A stretch of 64,000 bases of DNA from Candidatus Cloacimonadales bacterium (GTDB lineage Bacteria > Cloacimonadota > Cloacimonadia > Cloacimonadales > JAIOQZ01), in contig CAXXTU010000002.1 of the NCBI GenBank assembly GCA_963662655.2, positions 3,040,001-3,104,000 of the forward strand, in the 5' to 3' direction. Under the pieces are notes generated by a model. The model was given only the letters and a program-made list of their open reading frames with translations, was not told the origin of the DNA and did not search any database. Made by a program: the position numbers and the translations under genes. Of the stretch, positions 46,209 to 56,725 are shown piece by piece. Position 1 is the first letter of the stretch. Each line of letters opens with the position of its first letter.

Positions 46209-47990
46209 ATGCCGGGTGTTACGTTGTGCTATGGAAATCCGAGTGATATAGCCGGATTTGTGAATACGTGCCAGAAGAGAGAACGCGAATTACGGGAGAT
46301 ACTTCCGTTTTATTCGTGCGAAATCGAGAAGATCGATCAAAACCTGTGCGTGTTTCTGCATAAGCATTCCGGGCATGACATACACGAACTCTCAACGGAT
46401 CGCTGGACGATTTACTGGGAAAATCCCGTGCGCGAGATCGATCCGGAAGTTGTGAAGGCTGTTTTCGCCGAGTTTGATGAGAATTTCCAATTTGCGGACG
46501 TAAAGCAAACCATTGAACGGAAACTGCAATGCGCGATGAATACCGCGTTCACCTGCATCGCGATTCACCGGCCCCAAAAAACTGTCCTCTTTTTCAATGA
46601 TAGACTCGCTCGTCTTCCGCTCTATCACTATGAGAATAGTAACTTCTTCTTGCTTGGCAGAGACTTCGTGCTCCTGCGCGATAGTTTCAAGGACAGTCGG
46701 ATCGACAGACTTCAGCTTGCTCAATTCATGCTCCTGGGATACGTACCGGGAAAACCTTCGGTCTATGCTGATATACAAGATTGCCGGCCGCAGACATTTG
46801 CCGAAGCGCGTATCGGGAATGAGGTTACCCTCACGATTAGCGACAAGCCTGAAAACCGGGTGCACGGCGAGCTTCAGGAGGTCGATCAAAGCGCCTATCT
46901 GAAGGAACTTACAGATACCTTCCTTGCGGCGACAGAGCGTTGCGCCGGAAAGGACGAGCTGGTGTTGGGCCTGAGCGGTGGTCTGGATTCCAGGGCGATT
47001 GGCGGAGCCTTGCATAAGTTGAGGAAGCATTTCACGTCGTTCACCTACCGCGATCACGACCGCACCGCAACGCGCGATATCCGCTACGCGAAGAAGCTGG
47101 CAAGAAGCTGGAGTTGCCCCTTCCATATCATCGACCTCAATATTGAATCGAATGATGACTGGGCGGCTCTTTTCACGATGAAAGGAGGGGTTAATTACCT
47201 CGGCGTTAGCTTCTTTGGAAAATTTCTCTACGAAGTGCAACGGAGAGTCGGCCACTCCAATTTCGTTTTCTTCACGGGTGACGGCGGTGACAAGGTCATG
47301 CCGGACCTCTACCCGCAAAAAAGCTTGCACTCCGAGAGCGATTTCATCGAGTACCTGTTGAAACGCAACTCTATCCTGCCGCTAAAGGCTGTTTCTCAAG
47401 CGCTTGATATTGAGCCGAATGAAGTTCTCCATGCGCTCCTGAATGAAGTAAAGCAATACCCGGTAGACGGGTGGGATGAGAAATACCGCTTTCTGCTGCT
47501 CGCCGAACGCGGAGGGAGATGGCTGTTCGAGGGAGAGGATCGAAACCGGTTCTTCGCGAGAACGAATACACCGTTTTACGCTTACGATTTCTATCGGCTG
47601 GCCATGCAAGCGCCTCGATCATGGAAGAAGGACAACCGCATGTTCAAAGACCTCCTGAACTCTCTGTCGCCTGTCCTCACGAAGATTCCCAATGCGAATA
47701 CCCTGTTGAGAATCGACGGCAGAGACTACAATCCGATAAACTACTGGAATCTAGTAAATCATCGCGTGTCCAGGAAACTGAATTCGATCAAAAACAGAAA
47801 GGGAAACGGCTATCTGACAACGCACCCGTCCCTGAGGGGCAGAGTTCGCCAGCTCCTTGAATATCCCGAGATTTGTCTGGCTTATCCGGGTTTCGGTAGT
47901 TCTTTTCAGGCGGAAACGCTTTCCATGCTCAACCGTCCCCAGGCATATTACCTTTACACCGTTCTTGCTATCCTCAACGGTCAATCGTAA
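46209..47990 (+). CDS. Asparagine-synthase-like amidotransferase (probably glycan/cell-envelope modifying)
   Basis: LGLSGGLDSR PP-loop, FTGDGGD, NDRLARLPLY, TPFY; starts MPG, so lacks the catalytic Cys2. Confidence 0.75.
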   Translation: MPGVTLCYGNPSDIAGFVNTCQKRERELREILPFYSCEIEKIDQNLCVFLHKHSGHDIHELSTDRWTIYWENPVREIDPEVVKAVFAEFDENFQFADVKQTIERKLQCAMNTAFTCIAIHRPQKTVLFFNDRLARLPLYHYENSNFFLLGRDFVLLRDSFKDSRIDRLQLAQFMLLGYVPGKPSVYADIQDCRPQTFAEARIGNEVTLTISDKPENRVHGELQEVDQSAYLKELTDTFLAATERCAGKDELVLGLSGGLDSRAIGGALHKLRKHFTSFTYRDHDRTATRDIRYAKKLARSWSCPFHIIDLNIESNDDWAALFTMKGGVNYLGVSFFGKFLYEVQRRVGHSNFVFFTGDGGDKVMPDLYPQKSLHSESDFIEYLLKRNSILPLKAVSQALDIEPNEVLHALLNEVKQYPVDGWDEKYRFLLLAERGGRWLFEGEDRNRFFARTNTPFYAYDFYRLAMQAPRSWKKDNRMFKDLLNSLSPVLTKIPNANTLLRIDGRDYNPINYWNLVNHRVSRKLNSIKNRKGNGYLTTHPSLRGRVRQLLEYPEICLAYPGFGSSFQAETLSMLNRPQAYYLYTVLAILNGQS

Positions 47991-48180
47991 AACCTTATAA
48001 ATTCTTGAGAAAAGGGATGCCAATGTACCCGCAAAGACAATGAATTCAACTCATTAAATGGCTTCAACCCTATTTAATAGCAGGATGGTACAAGTTTTAT
48101 TTGACAATCTGGGGGCCATTGTGAACATTTAGTGATTTATTTACGATAACATACGTAAGAATACCCTAAAGGAGATATCT

Positions 48181-51100
48181 ATGAAAAAGCGAATGTTACT
48201 TCTGAGCTTTGTCATCGCTGCTTTCAGCATGATGTATGCATTCAGCGGCACAATCACCGAGAACACCCAATGGTCTGATGATATCATCATCACGGGTGAT
48301 GTTACGGTCGCTGCTGGCGTTGTCCTGACGATTGACGCCGGCGTAACCGTTTCATTTACCAGGATCGACGCCAATGAGGATGGCCTTGGCGATATCGACT
48401 TCACTATCAACGGCCGCCTTCTCACGAACGGTACTGCAAACAATCCCGTTATTTTCACTTCGAATGAAGATTCTCCGGTTCCTGGCGACTGGGCCGGTAT
48501 AGATTTCTTGAACACTACGAGTGTCTACTCCATTTTGAATCATACGGAAATCTACTACGCCGTTACGGGTGTTTACATCTCCGATAAATACGTGACATTC
48601 AACGATGGCATGATCGCATATTGCAAGGGTTACGGTATGCACGTGCTCAGTTCGCACGGTGGCCTCACCAGCCTGAACGATCTGATCATTTTCGAAAACA
48701 AACTCACCTCTGGTGGCGAGGGATTTGGTTTCAAAGCGGAATCGGGAGCGATCGTGAACGCGGACGGCCTGATTGTTTCCGCCAACGACGGTTATGGAAT
48801 GGTTATCACCGGAACTAATAGCTGTGTCATTTCAAATAGCCGTGCCGTAAGCAACGGAATGAATGGAGTTTACGTAAACAACGCCTCTCCTCAATTCAGC
48901 AACACCGATATATCTGAGAATGATGATACCGGACTGAGGTTGGTTGGCGCAACATCGGCCCCGGAGTTTCAATATTGTTCAATCAGCTACAATGATGGAT
49001 TCGGTGTAGCGTATGAAGATGGCTGCGATGGCTCCATCATCTATTCCAACATTATCGAGAACACAAACAGCGGTTTGATTATTACCGATAACTCCGTGCC
49101 CACGATCAACTACTGCAATATCTACAATAACGGTCAGAATGCGGAAGCGATTGTCGAGCAAATTCCATCAAGCAGTCTGTACTCCACATCCGGAAGCTCG
49201 AGTACATATTACGCGATGTTTCCCGGATACATGGTCAGCCGGATTCACGTTTCCGGATATGCGGATCATAACAGCTCGAGCGACACCTACGATTTCGACG
49301 TCTATCTCGGCGGATCCGAAGTCTATAACTACTACAGATACACAAGCTCCGACACCAGCTTCGATCTCTGGACAACCATCAATAGCTCATCGACAAGCTA
49401 CTCGTGGTATGTCAATCTTTATACGTACTCGGTATACAGCCAGTATGGCCGGGTCAGCGCGATTGAGTACGATGAGGATTATTTCACGTACCAGCTCACA
49501 TCAACGAATACATCGAGCGGTATCGATGCGAGATTCAACTGGTGGGGACAGGTCAACGGCGTTGACGATCTGATCTTCCAGCAGGTAGCTTCGACCGTCA
49601 ATTACGAAGGCTCTCAGGTCGAAGAAGTAGGTACGGCAGGAACCACATTGACCAACATGGCTCCAGCTTTTACGCTTTCAACTCCCGATTCGCTCGTGCT
49701 CAATCCGTCGAGCCTCAGCATTCAATGGTACGACATCGATATCGAAGATGACGCGATCATCAGCTTGTATTATGACGATGGCCACGATACCACCGGTACC
49801 CTGATCGTTGGAAACATCCATGAAGATTCCGCCACCGATTACTACAACTGGAACTTCGCCAACACACCGCACTCACTGTACTATATCTACGGTGTGATCG
49901 ACGACGGCGAAAATGAACCGGTTGTCTCGTATGCGCCGGGACAGGTGATGGTGGGCCCACTCAGCATCAATGCATCTGACGAACTAACCGGCGAGGCCGG
50001 TTCGCAGATCACCGTACCGATCGAGATGATAAACTCCATCGATCCGTTCGAGATTATCTCCTTCCAGTTCACCCTCGCGTTCGACTACACGCTGTTGACG
50101 GTTGCGGACATCGATAACGACGGAACTCTCACCGACGGCTGGTCGATCAACTACAACGACGAGACCCAGGGCGTTGTAACGGTTAGCGGTTACAGCACGA
50201 ACCATCTGCCCACTGACGGCACGCTCCTGAATATCGTGTTCGACATCGCGAGCGACGCGCTCGACTTCGAAACCTGCCAGCTCAACTTCAGCGATACCGA
50301 AGTGAACGACGGAGCCCGGACCGTTACCGAAAACGACGGAACGTTCACGATCCGCAACGCATACACGATAAGCGGTTTGATCGATTACTTCGCGCCGACT
50401 CGCGTCGCTGTCGATAACGCCAAACTCGTGCTTACCGGCTACGAAAACGACTCGCTTTACACCGACGCATCGGGTAACTACTCGTTTGCTCAGCATCACG
50501 CCGGAAGCTACTCGCTCAATGTCTCTTCAACCCAGGCGATTCCCGAACTGACCATCACCCCTTACGACGCATCGCTTACAGCTCGCGCTGCGCTGGGTCT
50601 GATCATTTTCGACGCGAATCAGGAAACCGCTGCCGACGTCAACGGCGACTACTATCCTACCGTGTACGACGCCGCCCTCATGGCGCAGTACTCCGTCGGC
50701 CTCATCGATGCATTCGACGCAGGTATTTGGGCGTTCAATCCTTCCTCCTACGCGATTACGCTTGGTGGAGCCAGCATCGTTCGCAACTTCACCGGTATTG
50801 TTATCGGTGATCCTTCCGGTAACTACCCGGGCTCGGCGGAACGCACCATTCCGGATATGTGGGATATCGGAACCCTCGCCCGTGACGAAGCCGGTCGCGT
50901 TCGCGTGAACGTACGTTTCGACGATGCGTTCTATTCGTTTGTGAGCCGCATCGATTTCAACCAGGAACAATTCTCTTACGCAGGTTATGAGGTCGCAGGC
51001 GATCTCGAAGATATCCAGGTGGTTGCCAACGTGCAAAACGGCTCGATCCGCGTTGCCGGTTTCGCAACCGGAGAAGTGGGAACCGCGCAGCCGGTTGTCT

Positions 51101-51483
51101 CATTCCTGTTCGATACCCTCGAAGCGGGTGACGACATCGACGTGGCATACTGCATGTTCGACGAAGCGTTCGGCGGAAATGTCGAAGTGCTCGCAGCCGA
51201 TGGCGAAGAAGTTGTACCGGCCAAATTCGGAATTTCGCAGAACTATCCGAACCCGTTCAACCCAGTTACCACCATCTCGTATGATATCGCGAAACCATGC
51301 GACGTGAACATAGAAGTCTATAACGTTAAGGGGCAGAAGGTTACTACGCTGGTAAACGAAAAGAAACAGGCAGGTAGCTACAAGGCTGTATGGAATGCCG
51401 AAAACGTTTCTTCCGGTATCTATTTCTACCGGATCAACGCAGGCGATTTCCACAGCATCCGCAAGATGATACTGATCAAGTAA
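48181..51483 (+). CDS. Secreted protein: parallel beta-helix, cohesin, dockerin-like and C-terminal sorting domain
   Basis: Signal peptide; PGDWAGI beta-helix; ITVPIEM...ISFQFTLAFD...GTLLNIVF cohesin; AADVNGDYYPTVYDAALMAQY dockerin; QNYPNPFNPVTT...RKMILIK. Confidence 0.88.
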   Translation: MKKRMLLLSFVIAAFSMMYAFSGTITENTQWSDDIIITGDVTVAAGVVLTIDAGVTVSFTRIDANEDGLGDIDFTINGRLLTNGTANNPVIFTSNEDSPVPGDWAGIDFLNTTSVYSILNHTEIYYAVTGVYISDKYVTFNDGMIAYCKGYGMHVLSSHGGLTSLNDLIIFENKLTSGGEGFGFKAESGAIVNADGLIVSANDGYGMVITGTNSCVISNSRAVSNGMNGVYVNNASPQFSNTDISENDDTGLRLVGATSAPEFQYCSISYNDGFGVAYEDGCDGSIIYSNIIENTNSGLIITDNSVPTINYCNIYNNGQNAEAIVEQIPSSSLYSTSGSSSTYYAMFPGYMVSRIHVSGYADHNSSSDTYDFDVYLGGSEVYNYYRYTSSDTSFDLWTTINSSSTSYSWYVNLYTYSVYSQYGRVSAIEYDEDYFTYQLTSTNTSSGIDARFNWWGQVNGVDDLIFQQVASTVNYEGSQVEEVGTAGTTLTNMAPAFTLSTPDSLVLNPSSLSIQWYDIDIEDDAIISLYYDDGHDTTGTLIVGNIHEDSATDYYNWNFANTPHSLYYIYGVIDDGENEPVVSYAPGQVMVGPLSINASDELTGEAGSQITVPIEMINSIDPFEIISFQFTLAFDYTLLTVADIDNDGTLTDGWSINYNDETQGVVTVSGYSTNHLPTDGTLLNIVFDIASDALDFETCQLNFSDTEVNDGARTVTENDGTFTIRNAYTISGLIDYFAPTRVAVDNAKLVLTGYENDSLYTDASGNYSFAQHHAGSYSLNVSSTQAIPELTITPYDASLTARAALGLIIFDANQETAADVNGDYYPTVYDAALMAQYSVGLIDAFDAGIWAFNPSSYAITLGGASIVRNFTGIVIGDPSGNYPGSAERTIPDMWDIGTLARDEAGRVRVNVRFDDAFYSFVSRIDFNQEQFSYAGYEVAGDLEDIQVVANVQNGSIRVAGFATGEVGTAQPVVSFLFDTLEAGDDIDVAYCMFDEAFGGNVEVLAADGEEVVPAKFGISQNYPNPFNPVTTISYDIAKPCDVNIEVYNVKGQKVTTLVNEKKQAGSYKAVWNAENVSSGIYFYRINAGDFHSIRKMILIK

Positions 51484-51570
51484 TGTCATGGCAGAAGCAT
51501 GATCAACGTGCTTAATCGATGACATGTACGAATGAAATTGTTCTCTCAATCGCAGAAAAGGAAACGATAT

Positions 51571-54500
51571 ATGCGAAGAAAAGTATCAAATAGCGGAACA
51601 CCTCGCTGGATCTGGATGTTGCTTCTGCTGACATTCTCCGCGCTGTATGCGACGGACATGGATGTCTGGATGAACGATGCCAGTGCAAACCGGCGCGAAG
51701 CTGTGCAGGTACCTGTGTATGTTTCCGATACATCCGGCTGGGACGTGTTCTCGGTCTATGCGAGAATCACGTTCGATTCCACGCTGGTAACGGTTACAAA
51801 TGTAAGTTCCGACGGCACCCTGACCGATTCATGGGGTGATCCGACATATAATCAGGCCAATGGCGGAGAGATTTCTATCTCCGCTTTCGGCACCCAGGCG
51901 CTCACCGGAGCGGGAACCCTGTTCACGATCGAATTCTGGGTTCCCGAAGGTGGTGACGCTTACACCGATCTTGTTTTCGAGCGACTCCTTCTCAACGAAG
52001 GCGGCTACGATCTCGGGGTTACCGACGGCAGTCTGACGATTACCAACCGCGTACCCTGGTTCGAAACCGTGGATGATCAGATCATCGAAGAAGAAGAATT
52101 GCTCGAACTCGACATCGTGGCGCACGATCCGCAATCGGAAAACATCACGCTCACAACCATCGATCTGCCAACCGGCGCTGGTTTCACCGACAACGGCAAT
52201 GGAGACGGCGACTTCTCCTGGCAGCCCGATCTGCTGCAAAGCGGAGCGTATACGGTGGGATTCGTCGCGGAAAACAACAGCGGTTACGCCGACACACTAT
52301 GGGTGAATATCCAGGTGGTGGAAACGCTGGATGTCTGGCTGGACGACTGGGCAATCATGCCAGGCGACACACAGCCGGTGGGAATCTACGCGAACCAGGC
52401 GACAGACCTGGAAATCTACTCGGTCTTCACGCGCATCCATACAGACCTGAGCATCGTTCGGGCGGTTGGCGCTTCGGCCGTGGGATCCTCCACCGAAGCT
52501 TGGGGCGAACCGACATGGAACGTCCTCCCGGGCGGAGACATCCTGGTTTCGCACTACGGAACCACCCCCATCGAGGGCTCCGAGCCGTTCCTCTACATCG
52601 AATTCGAGGCGACGGGGCAGCTCGAGGATCGTACCACGTTCGATTTCGTGAGCCTGATGTTCAACGAGGGCAATCCGCAGGCGACGTTGCACAATGGCAA
52701 CCTCTACGTTGGTGAGATCGGGCCGCATGTCGATCCGGTCGATCCCATCACGGCAAGCGAAGGCGACCTGGTGCAGTTCACCGTAACTGCCACCGAACCG
52801 CTTTATCAAAACATATACTACGATGCGTCCGGAGTGCCGGCAGGAGCTGATTTCATCGATAACGGCGATGGCACTGCTTCCTTCAACTGGCATACGGACG
52901 ACACTTCGGCGGGTGTCTATCAGGTCGTCGTGACTGCTGAAAACGAAGACGGGATCGAGAAGACCATCCAGGTCGATATCGAAATCCTGAACGTATATCA
53001 GTCACCCACGGTTATTGCACCGATCGGCTTGGTGGAGATCGACCAGAACGAAACCTATACGACGGTGAACCTGAACGAGGTGTTCAACGACCTCGATTCC
53101 TATCCGCTGACTTTCACCGTCTCGGGCGATCAGTATATCGATTACGTGATCAACGCCGATACGACCGTTACCTTTACACCCGAGGTGGACTGGTATGGCT
53201 TGGAAACGCTGTACATCACCGCGGAAGACGAGACAGGACTGACAGCCGTCGATCCCGTTTCGATCAAGGTGATTGGCACGCTGGACACGGTGGAGGATTT
53301 CAACCACGCCGGTCTCAACCCTACGGGCTGGACAGTCATCCACAGCGGAACCACACAGACCCCGTGGCACGCGGTTCAAGACGCTGGCGACGACTACAGC
53401 ATGCGGGTGGAGAACACGTTCTTCGCCACATCCAACGAAATGCTGAAATCTCCGGTGTACAACCTCTCCATATTTACCAGCGTCCAGGTCAGCTTCCTGC
53501 ACGACTTCTCGCCCAATTCCAACTGCAACGCGTATTTCCAGGTTTCCAACACCGGATTAACCTGGACGACGCTCGCATCCTATTCGAGTGCTACAAGCGG
53601 TGTGGTCGAGCTTACACCCGGAAATTACGTAAACCATCAGGCGTACGTTCAATTCAGGTGGTTGTTCAGCTCCAACAGTATCGATACCGCGTACTGGAAT
53701 ATCGATGATTTCTATATAACCGGTATCGTGGATGACAGTACGCCTCCCACGCGAATCACCGATCTGTCCTTCGACGGGCTGGACGGGGAAGCTGTCAAGC
53801 TGAGTTGGACGCCGTGCGAGGACCTCTATTTCTCGCACTATGAAGTGTACTGGTCAACGGACAGCGAAGTCACGACGGACGATCCGGCCTGGAACAATGA
53901 AGACGATTTGTTCCTCAACTCGATCGAAACCGATTCCACGTCCGTTTGCGGAATGCCATTCAATGCATGGTACTGGTTCGCCATTCGCGGCGTCGATACC
54001 AGCGGTAACGTGGGTGCGCTATCGAACACCGTTAGCTGTCTGCTGGCAAAGCCGCTCGAGATCATCGACCCGTATCCAGATCAGGAAACGCATGCCGGAT
54101 ACACCCTAAGAAACGCGACCATCGGCGTTACATTCGACGACGATTATCGTGTCGATCCGGCAACCCTCCAGTATCGCTTCGATGCAAACGGGAACAATGT
54201 GTATGACGCGGGGGAGACATGGCAGTCGATCATCGGCTACCTCTCTGCGGACAGCATCATTGTTCGCGTGAATGCGCTTTATCTGGTGGATGGCGACTCC
54301 CTGAAGTTCGAGTTCAGGGGTGAGGATGAAATCCAGAGTGGTATGGTCTACAGTGGAACTCAGAGCGAAGAAGGCATCGGCGACGATTACTTCGTTCGCA
54401 TCGATGCAACGCTGCCGACGACAATTGCCGATCTCGCTGTCAGCGATACGACTTCCACAAGCGTATCCCTGAGCTGGACTCCGGCAACCGATGTGCATTT

Positions 54501-55746
54501 TGAGCGCTACATCGTCTACTACGGAACCCACGACGGCATCGACGAGAGCGATGCGCAGTGGTCGGTAGCGGACGACGCGAATCTCTCGGATCAGGCGACC
54601 GCGGCAACGACTGTGACTGGCCTGCAACAAGGCATGTTCTATCGTTTCCGCATACTGGCTGTCGATACATTCGGGAATCACGCGGAGTTGTCCAATGAGG
54701 TTATCTCCATTCCTCGTGTGCTAGCGCCGATTTGCGTGAATCCGTATCCCGTACAGGATCCGGTTCCGTGGTCAACAACCGCGACTGTAACCATCGGGTG
54801 TGATTTCAGTGATTACTTCGGCATCGATCCGACCTCCGTCGAATACCGCATCGACACCAACGGAAATGGCGTTTACGACGCTGAAGAAGTATGGCAAAAC
54901 GCAGGATTGGCTGCAAGCCTTCAATCCTCTGGGCAACGGGTGGACCCCGATACGCTTCACGCGCGTGTGGATGTAACTTACTCCGCACAGGGTGAAGGAC
55001 TGTATTACGAGCTCCGCGCTTGGGACATTGATGGATACGGCCCGACATACAGCGGCTCGTCTTCATCCGAAGGCATTGGGGACGACTGGGCGGTTCGCAT
55101 CGATACAACCCCGCCAACATCGATTGGCGCGGCTGCTACAGGTTCCGTGACAAGCCAGAGCATCGAAGTGCTGTGGCTGATTAGCTCGGACCAGTTCTTC
55201 CAGGGCTATCAAGTATTCTACGATACCGAGCCTGGCGTCACGACGGATGATTCCGTGTGGGACTGGACCAATGACGGCAATCTGCAAAATCCGGGTTTTG
55301 GACACGTCTCGTCCAGTGTTACCGGGTTGCTCCCCGGACGAACCTATTACTTCCGCATACGGGCTATTGATGAGGCTGGAAATGCCTGCCCGTTGTCGAT
55401 AGAGGTGAACGGTTCGACCGATAGCGAGTTTGCGCCGCTTGCCCCGCAGAATATCGTGATAGCTACCTCCGGAAACGACGTGACAATCAGTTGGGAGCCG
55501 GTTACCGCGAATACGAACGGCGATCCGGTAAGCATCGGAGCGTACAACATCTATGTCGCCGATGTGCCGGAGTTCCCTGCGAACGCGGGTTACCTGATGA
55601 GTTCCGTTTCAACGACGTCGTTCACCCATCCGAGCGTTCTGACGGTCGCCGATCACATCTATTACAAGATTACGGCGGTGGAAGCGACGCGGGAAACGAG
55701 AACCGATGAGCAGACGGCAAGGAAGTTGCTGAATCTGAAAGAGTAA
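51571..55746 (+). CDS. Giant secreted scaffold-like protein (two cohesins, cadherin/Ig repeats, FN3 repeats, terminal incomplete FN3; no sorting domain); start uncertain (51532/51571)
   Basis: Hydrophobic signal stretch; two 'DVW..D......PV.IY...IYSV..RI..D...WG.PT.N...LF.IEF...NEG' units; three complete FN3 domains. Confidence 0.85.
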   Translation: MRRKVSNSGTPRWIWMLLLLTFSALYATDMDVWMNDASANRREAVQVPVYVSDTSGWDVFSVYARITFDSTLVTVTNVSSDGTLTDSWGDPTYNQANGGEISISAFGTQALTGAGTLFTIEFWVPEGGDAYTDLVFERLLLNEGGYDLGVTDGSLTITNRVPWFETVDDQIIEEEELLELDIVAHDPQSENITLTTIDLPTGAGFTDNGNGDGDFSWQPDLLQSGAYTVGFVAENNSGYADTLWVNIQVVETLDVWLDDWAIMPGDTQPVGIYANQATDLEIYSVFTRIHTDLSIVRAVGASAVGSSTEAWGEPTWNVLPGGDILVSHYGTTPIEGSEPFLYIEFEATGQLEDRTTFDFVSLMFNEGNPQATLHNGNLYVGEIGPHVDPVDPITASEGDLVQFTVTATEPLYQNIYYDASGVPAGADFIDNGDGTASFNWHTDDTSAGVYQVVVTAENEDGIEKTIQVDIEILNVYQSPTVIAPIGLVEIDQNETYTTVNLNEVFNDLDSYPLTFTVSGDQYIDYVINADTTVTFTPEVDWYGLETLYITAEDETGLTAVDPVSIKVIGTLDTVEDFNHAGLNPTGWTVIHSGTTQTPWHAVQDAGDDYSMRVENTFFATSNEMLKSPVYNLSIFTSVQVSFLHDFSPNSNCNAYFQVSNTGLTWTTLASYSSATSGVVELTPGNYVNHQAYVQFRWLFSSNSIDTAYWNIDDFYITGIVDDSTPPTRITDLSFDGLDGEAVKLSWTPCEDLYFSHYEVYWSTDSEVTTDDPAWNNEDDLFLNSIETDSTSVCGMPFNAWYWFAIRGVDTSGNVGALSNTVSCLLAKPLEIIDPYPDQETHAGYTLRNATIGVTFDDDYRVDPATLQYRFDANGNNVYDAGETWQSIIGYLSADSIIVRVNALYLVDGDSLKFEFRGEDEIQSGMVYSGTQSEEGIGDDYFVRIDATLPTTIADLAVSDTTSTSVSLSWTPATDVHFERYIVYYGTHDGIDESDAQWSVADDANLSDQATAATTVTGLQQGMFYRFRILAVDTFGNHAELSNEVISIPRVLAPICVNPYPVQDPVPWSTTATVTIGCDFSDYFGIDPTSVEYRIDTNGNGVYDAEEVWQNAGLAASLQSSGQRVDPDTLHARVDVTYSAQGEGLYYELRAWDIDGYGPTYSGSSSSEGIGDDWAVRIDTTPPTSIGAAATGSVTSQSIEVLWLISSDQFFQGYQVFYDTEPGVTTDDSVWDWTNDGNLQNPGFGHVSSSVTGLLPGRTYYFRIRAIDEAGNACPLSIEVNGSTDSEFAPLAPQNIVIATSGNDVTISWEPVTANTNGDPVSIGAYNIYVADVPEFPANAGYLMSSVSTTSFTHPSVLTVADHIYYKITAVEATRETRTDEQTARKLLNLKE

Positions 55747-55794
55747 ATTACGAAACAAATACGTGGCGGTACCTTTTCCCGCTCAGGATATGGA

Positions 55795-55822
55795 CAAAGC
55801 CAGCGGACCCCCGCTGGCTTTG
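55795..55822 (+). terminator. Hairpin after the scaffold gene (no clear U-tract)
   Basis: CAAAGCCAGCGG-ACCC-CCGCTGGCTTTG. Confidence 0.5.
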
Positions 55823-55882
55823 CCGCTGTAACACGATTCCCCGAGTCAATAACCACCACATTCCCGAATCACTCCTTGCAAA

Positions 55883-56008
55883 GGCGGGAGCAGATTCGTT
55901 CGATCTGACGCGAGAACGTGGTGTTATGCACCTTATCATCTCGTTCGATAGCTCAAAGGTGCATTATATCCACGTTGGAGCGGCATGATCGGGCGAAGGT
56001 GCCACGCC
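55883..56008 (+). repeat. Dispersed long-hairpin repeat, copy 2
   Basis: GGCGGGAGCAGATTCGTTCGATC...GATCGGGCGAAGGTGCCACGCC. Confidence 0.85.
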
Positions 56009-56074
56009 GCAATCCAGTAGCACAATTTCAAATAAAAACATTGCCGAAAATACATCGCTCAAGAGAATGGAATT

Positions 56075-56716
56075 ATGCTGGAAATATTGAACTCATTCTT
56101 GGAAAAGTACCGGTTGATCCGGGGACGCAGACTCCTGATGAAGGGGCATGCCCATAAAGCGCTCGATTACTTCGAGAAAATCGTCGTGCAGAATCCTTGC
56201 GACCAGAATCTCTTCATGCTCTCGCTCGCGCTGGTTGCGCTCAATCGCTACAAGGAAGCGGAGAAGCATCTGGAGACTGTCTACAACGCGCACGGCCAAA
56301 ACGAGCTCGTGCTTCTCTCGTACGCCGAGTGCCTTACCATGCTGCGTAAATGGGACAGCGCCGAAGTCGTGTTTGCTCAGCTTACACGGTTGCAGCCGGA
56401 TTATCCACGCTATCGCGAGTATCTCGATATGATCCGGGATTCGGTAAAGCGCGATCGCTTTGTGATCTCTCGTGAATTCTACGCGAAAGCACAGCTTCAG
56501 GTGGAAGAAAAGCTATACGAGCAAGCGCTGGATAACCTGATGAAAGCGCACCAAGTCGACCCGGAAAACGCTACGGTGGTCAACAATATTGGGTCAGTAC
56601 TGCTACTGATGAGAAAGCCGGCAAGCGAAGCGCTCGAGTGGTTCGAGAAAGCCCTTGCGCTCGATCCCGAGAACCACCGATTCCGCGAGAATCTTCAACA
56701 CATCAAGCGAAAATAA
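56075..56716 (+). CDS. Tetratricopeptide-repeat protein
   Basis: ALDYFEK..VQNP; VVNNIGSVL...ALEWFEKALALDPEN. Confidence 0.85.
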   Translation: MLEILNSFLEKYRLIRGRRLLMKGHAHKALDYFEKIVVQNPCDQNLFMLSLALVALNRYKEAEKHLETVYNAHGQNELVLLSYAECLTMLRKWDSAEVVFAQLTRLQPDYPRYREYLDMIRDSVKRDRFVISREFYAKAQLQVEEKLYEQALDNLMKAHQVDPENATVVNNIGSVLLLMRKPASEALEWFEKALALDPENHRFRENLQHIKRK

Positions 56717-56725
56717 TATCGTCAG

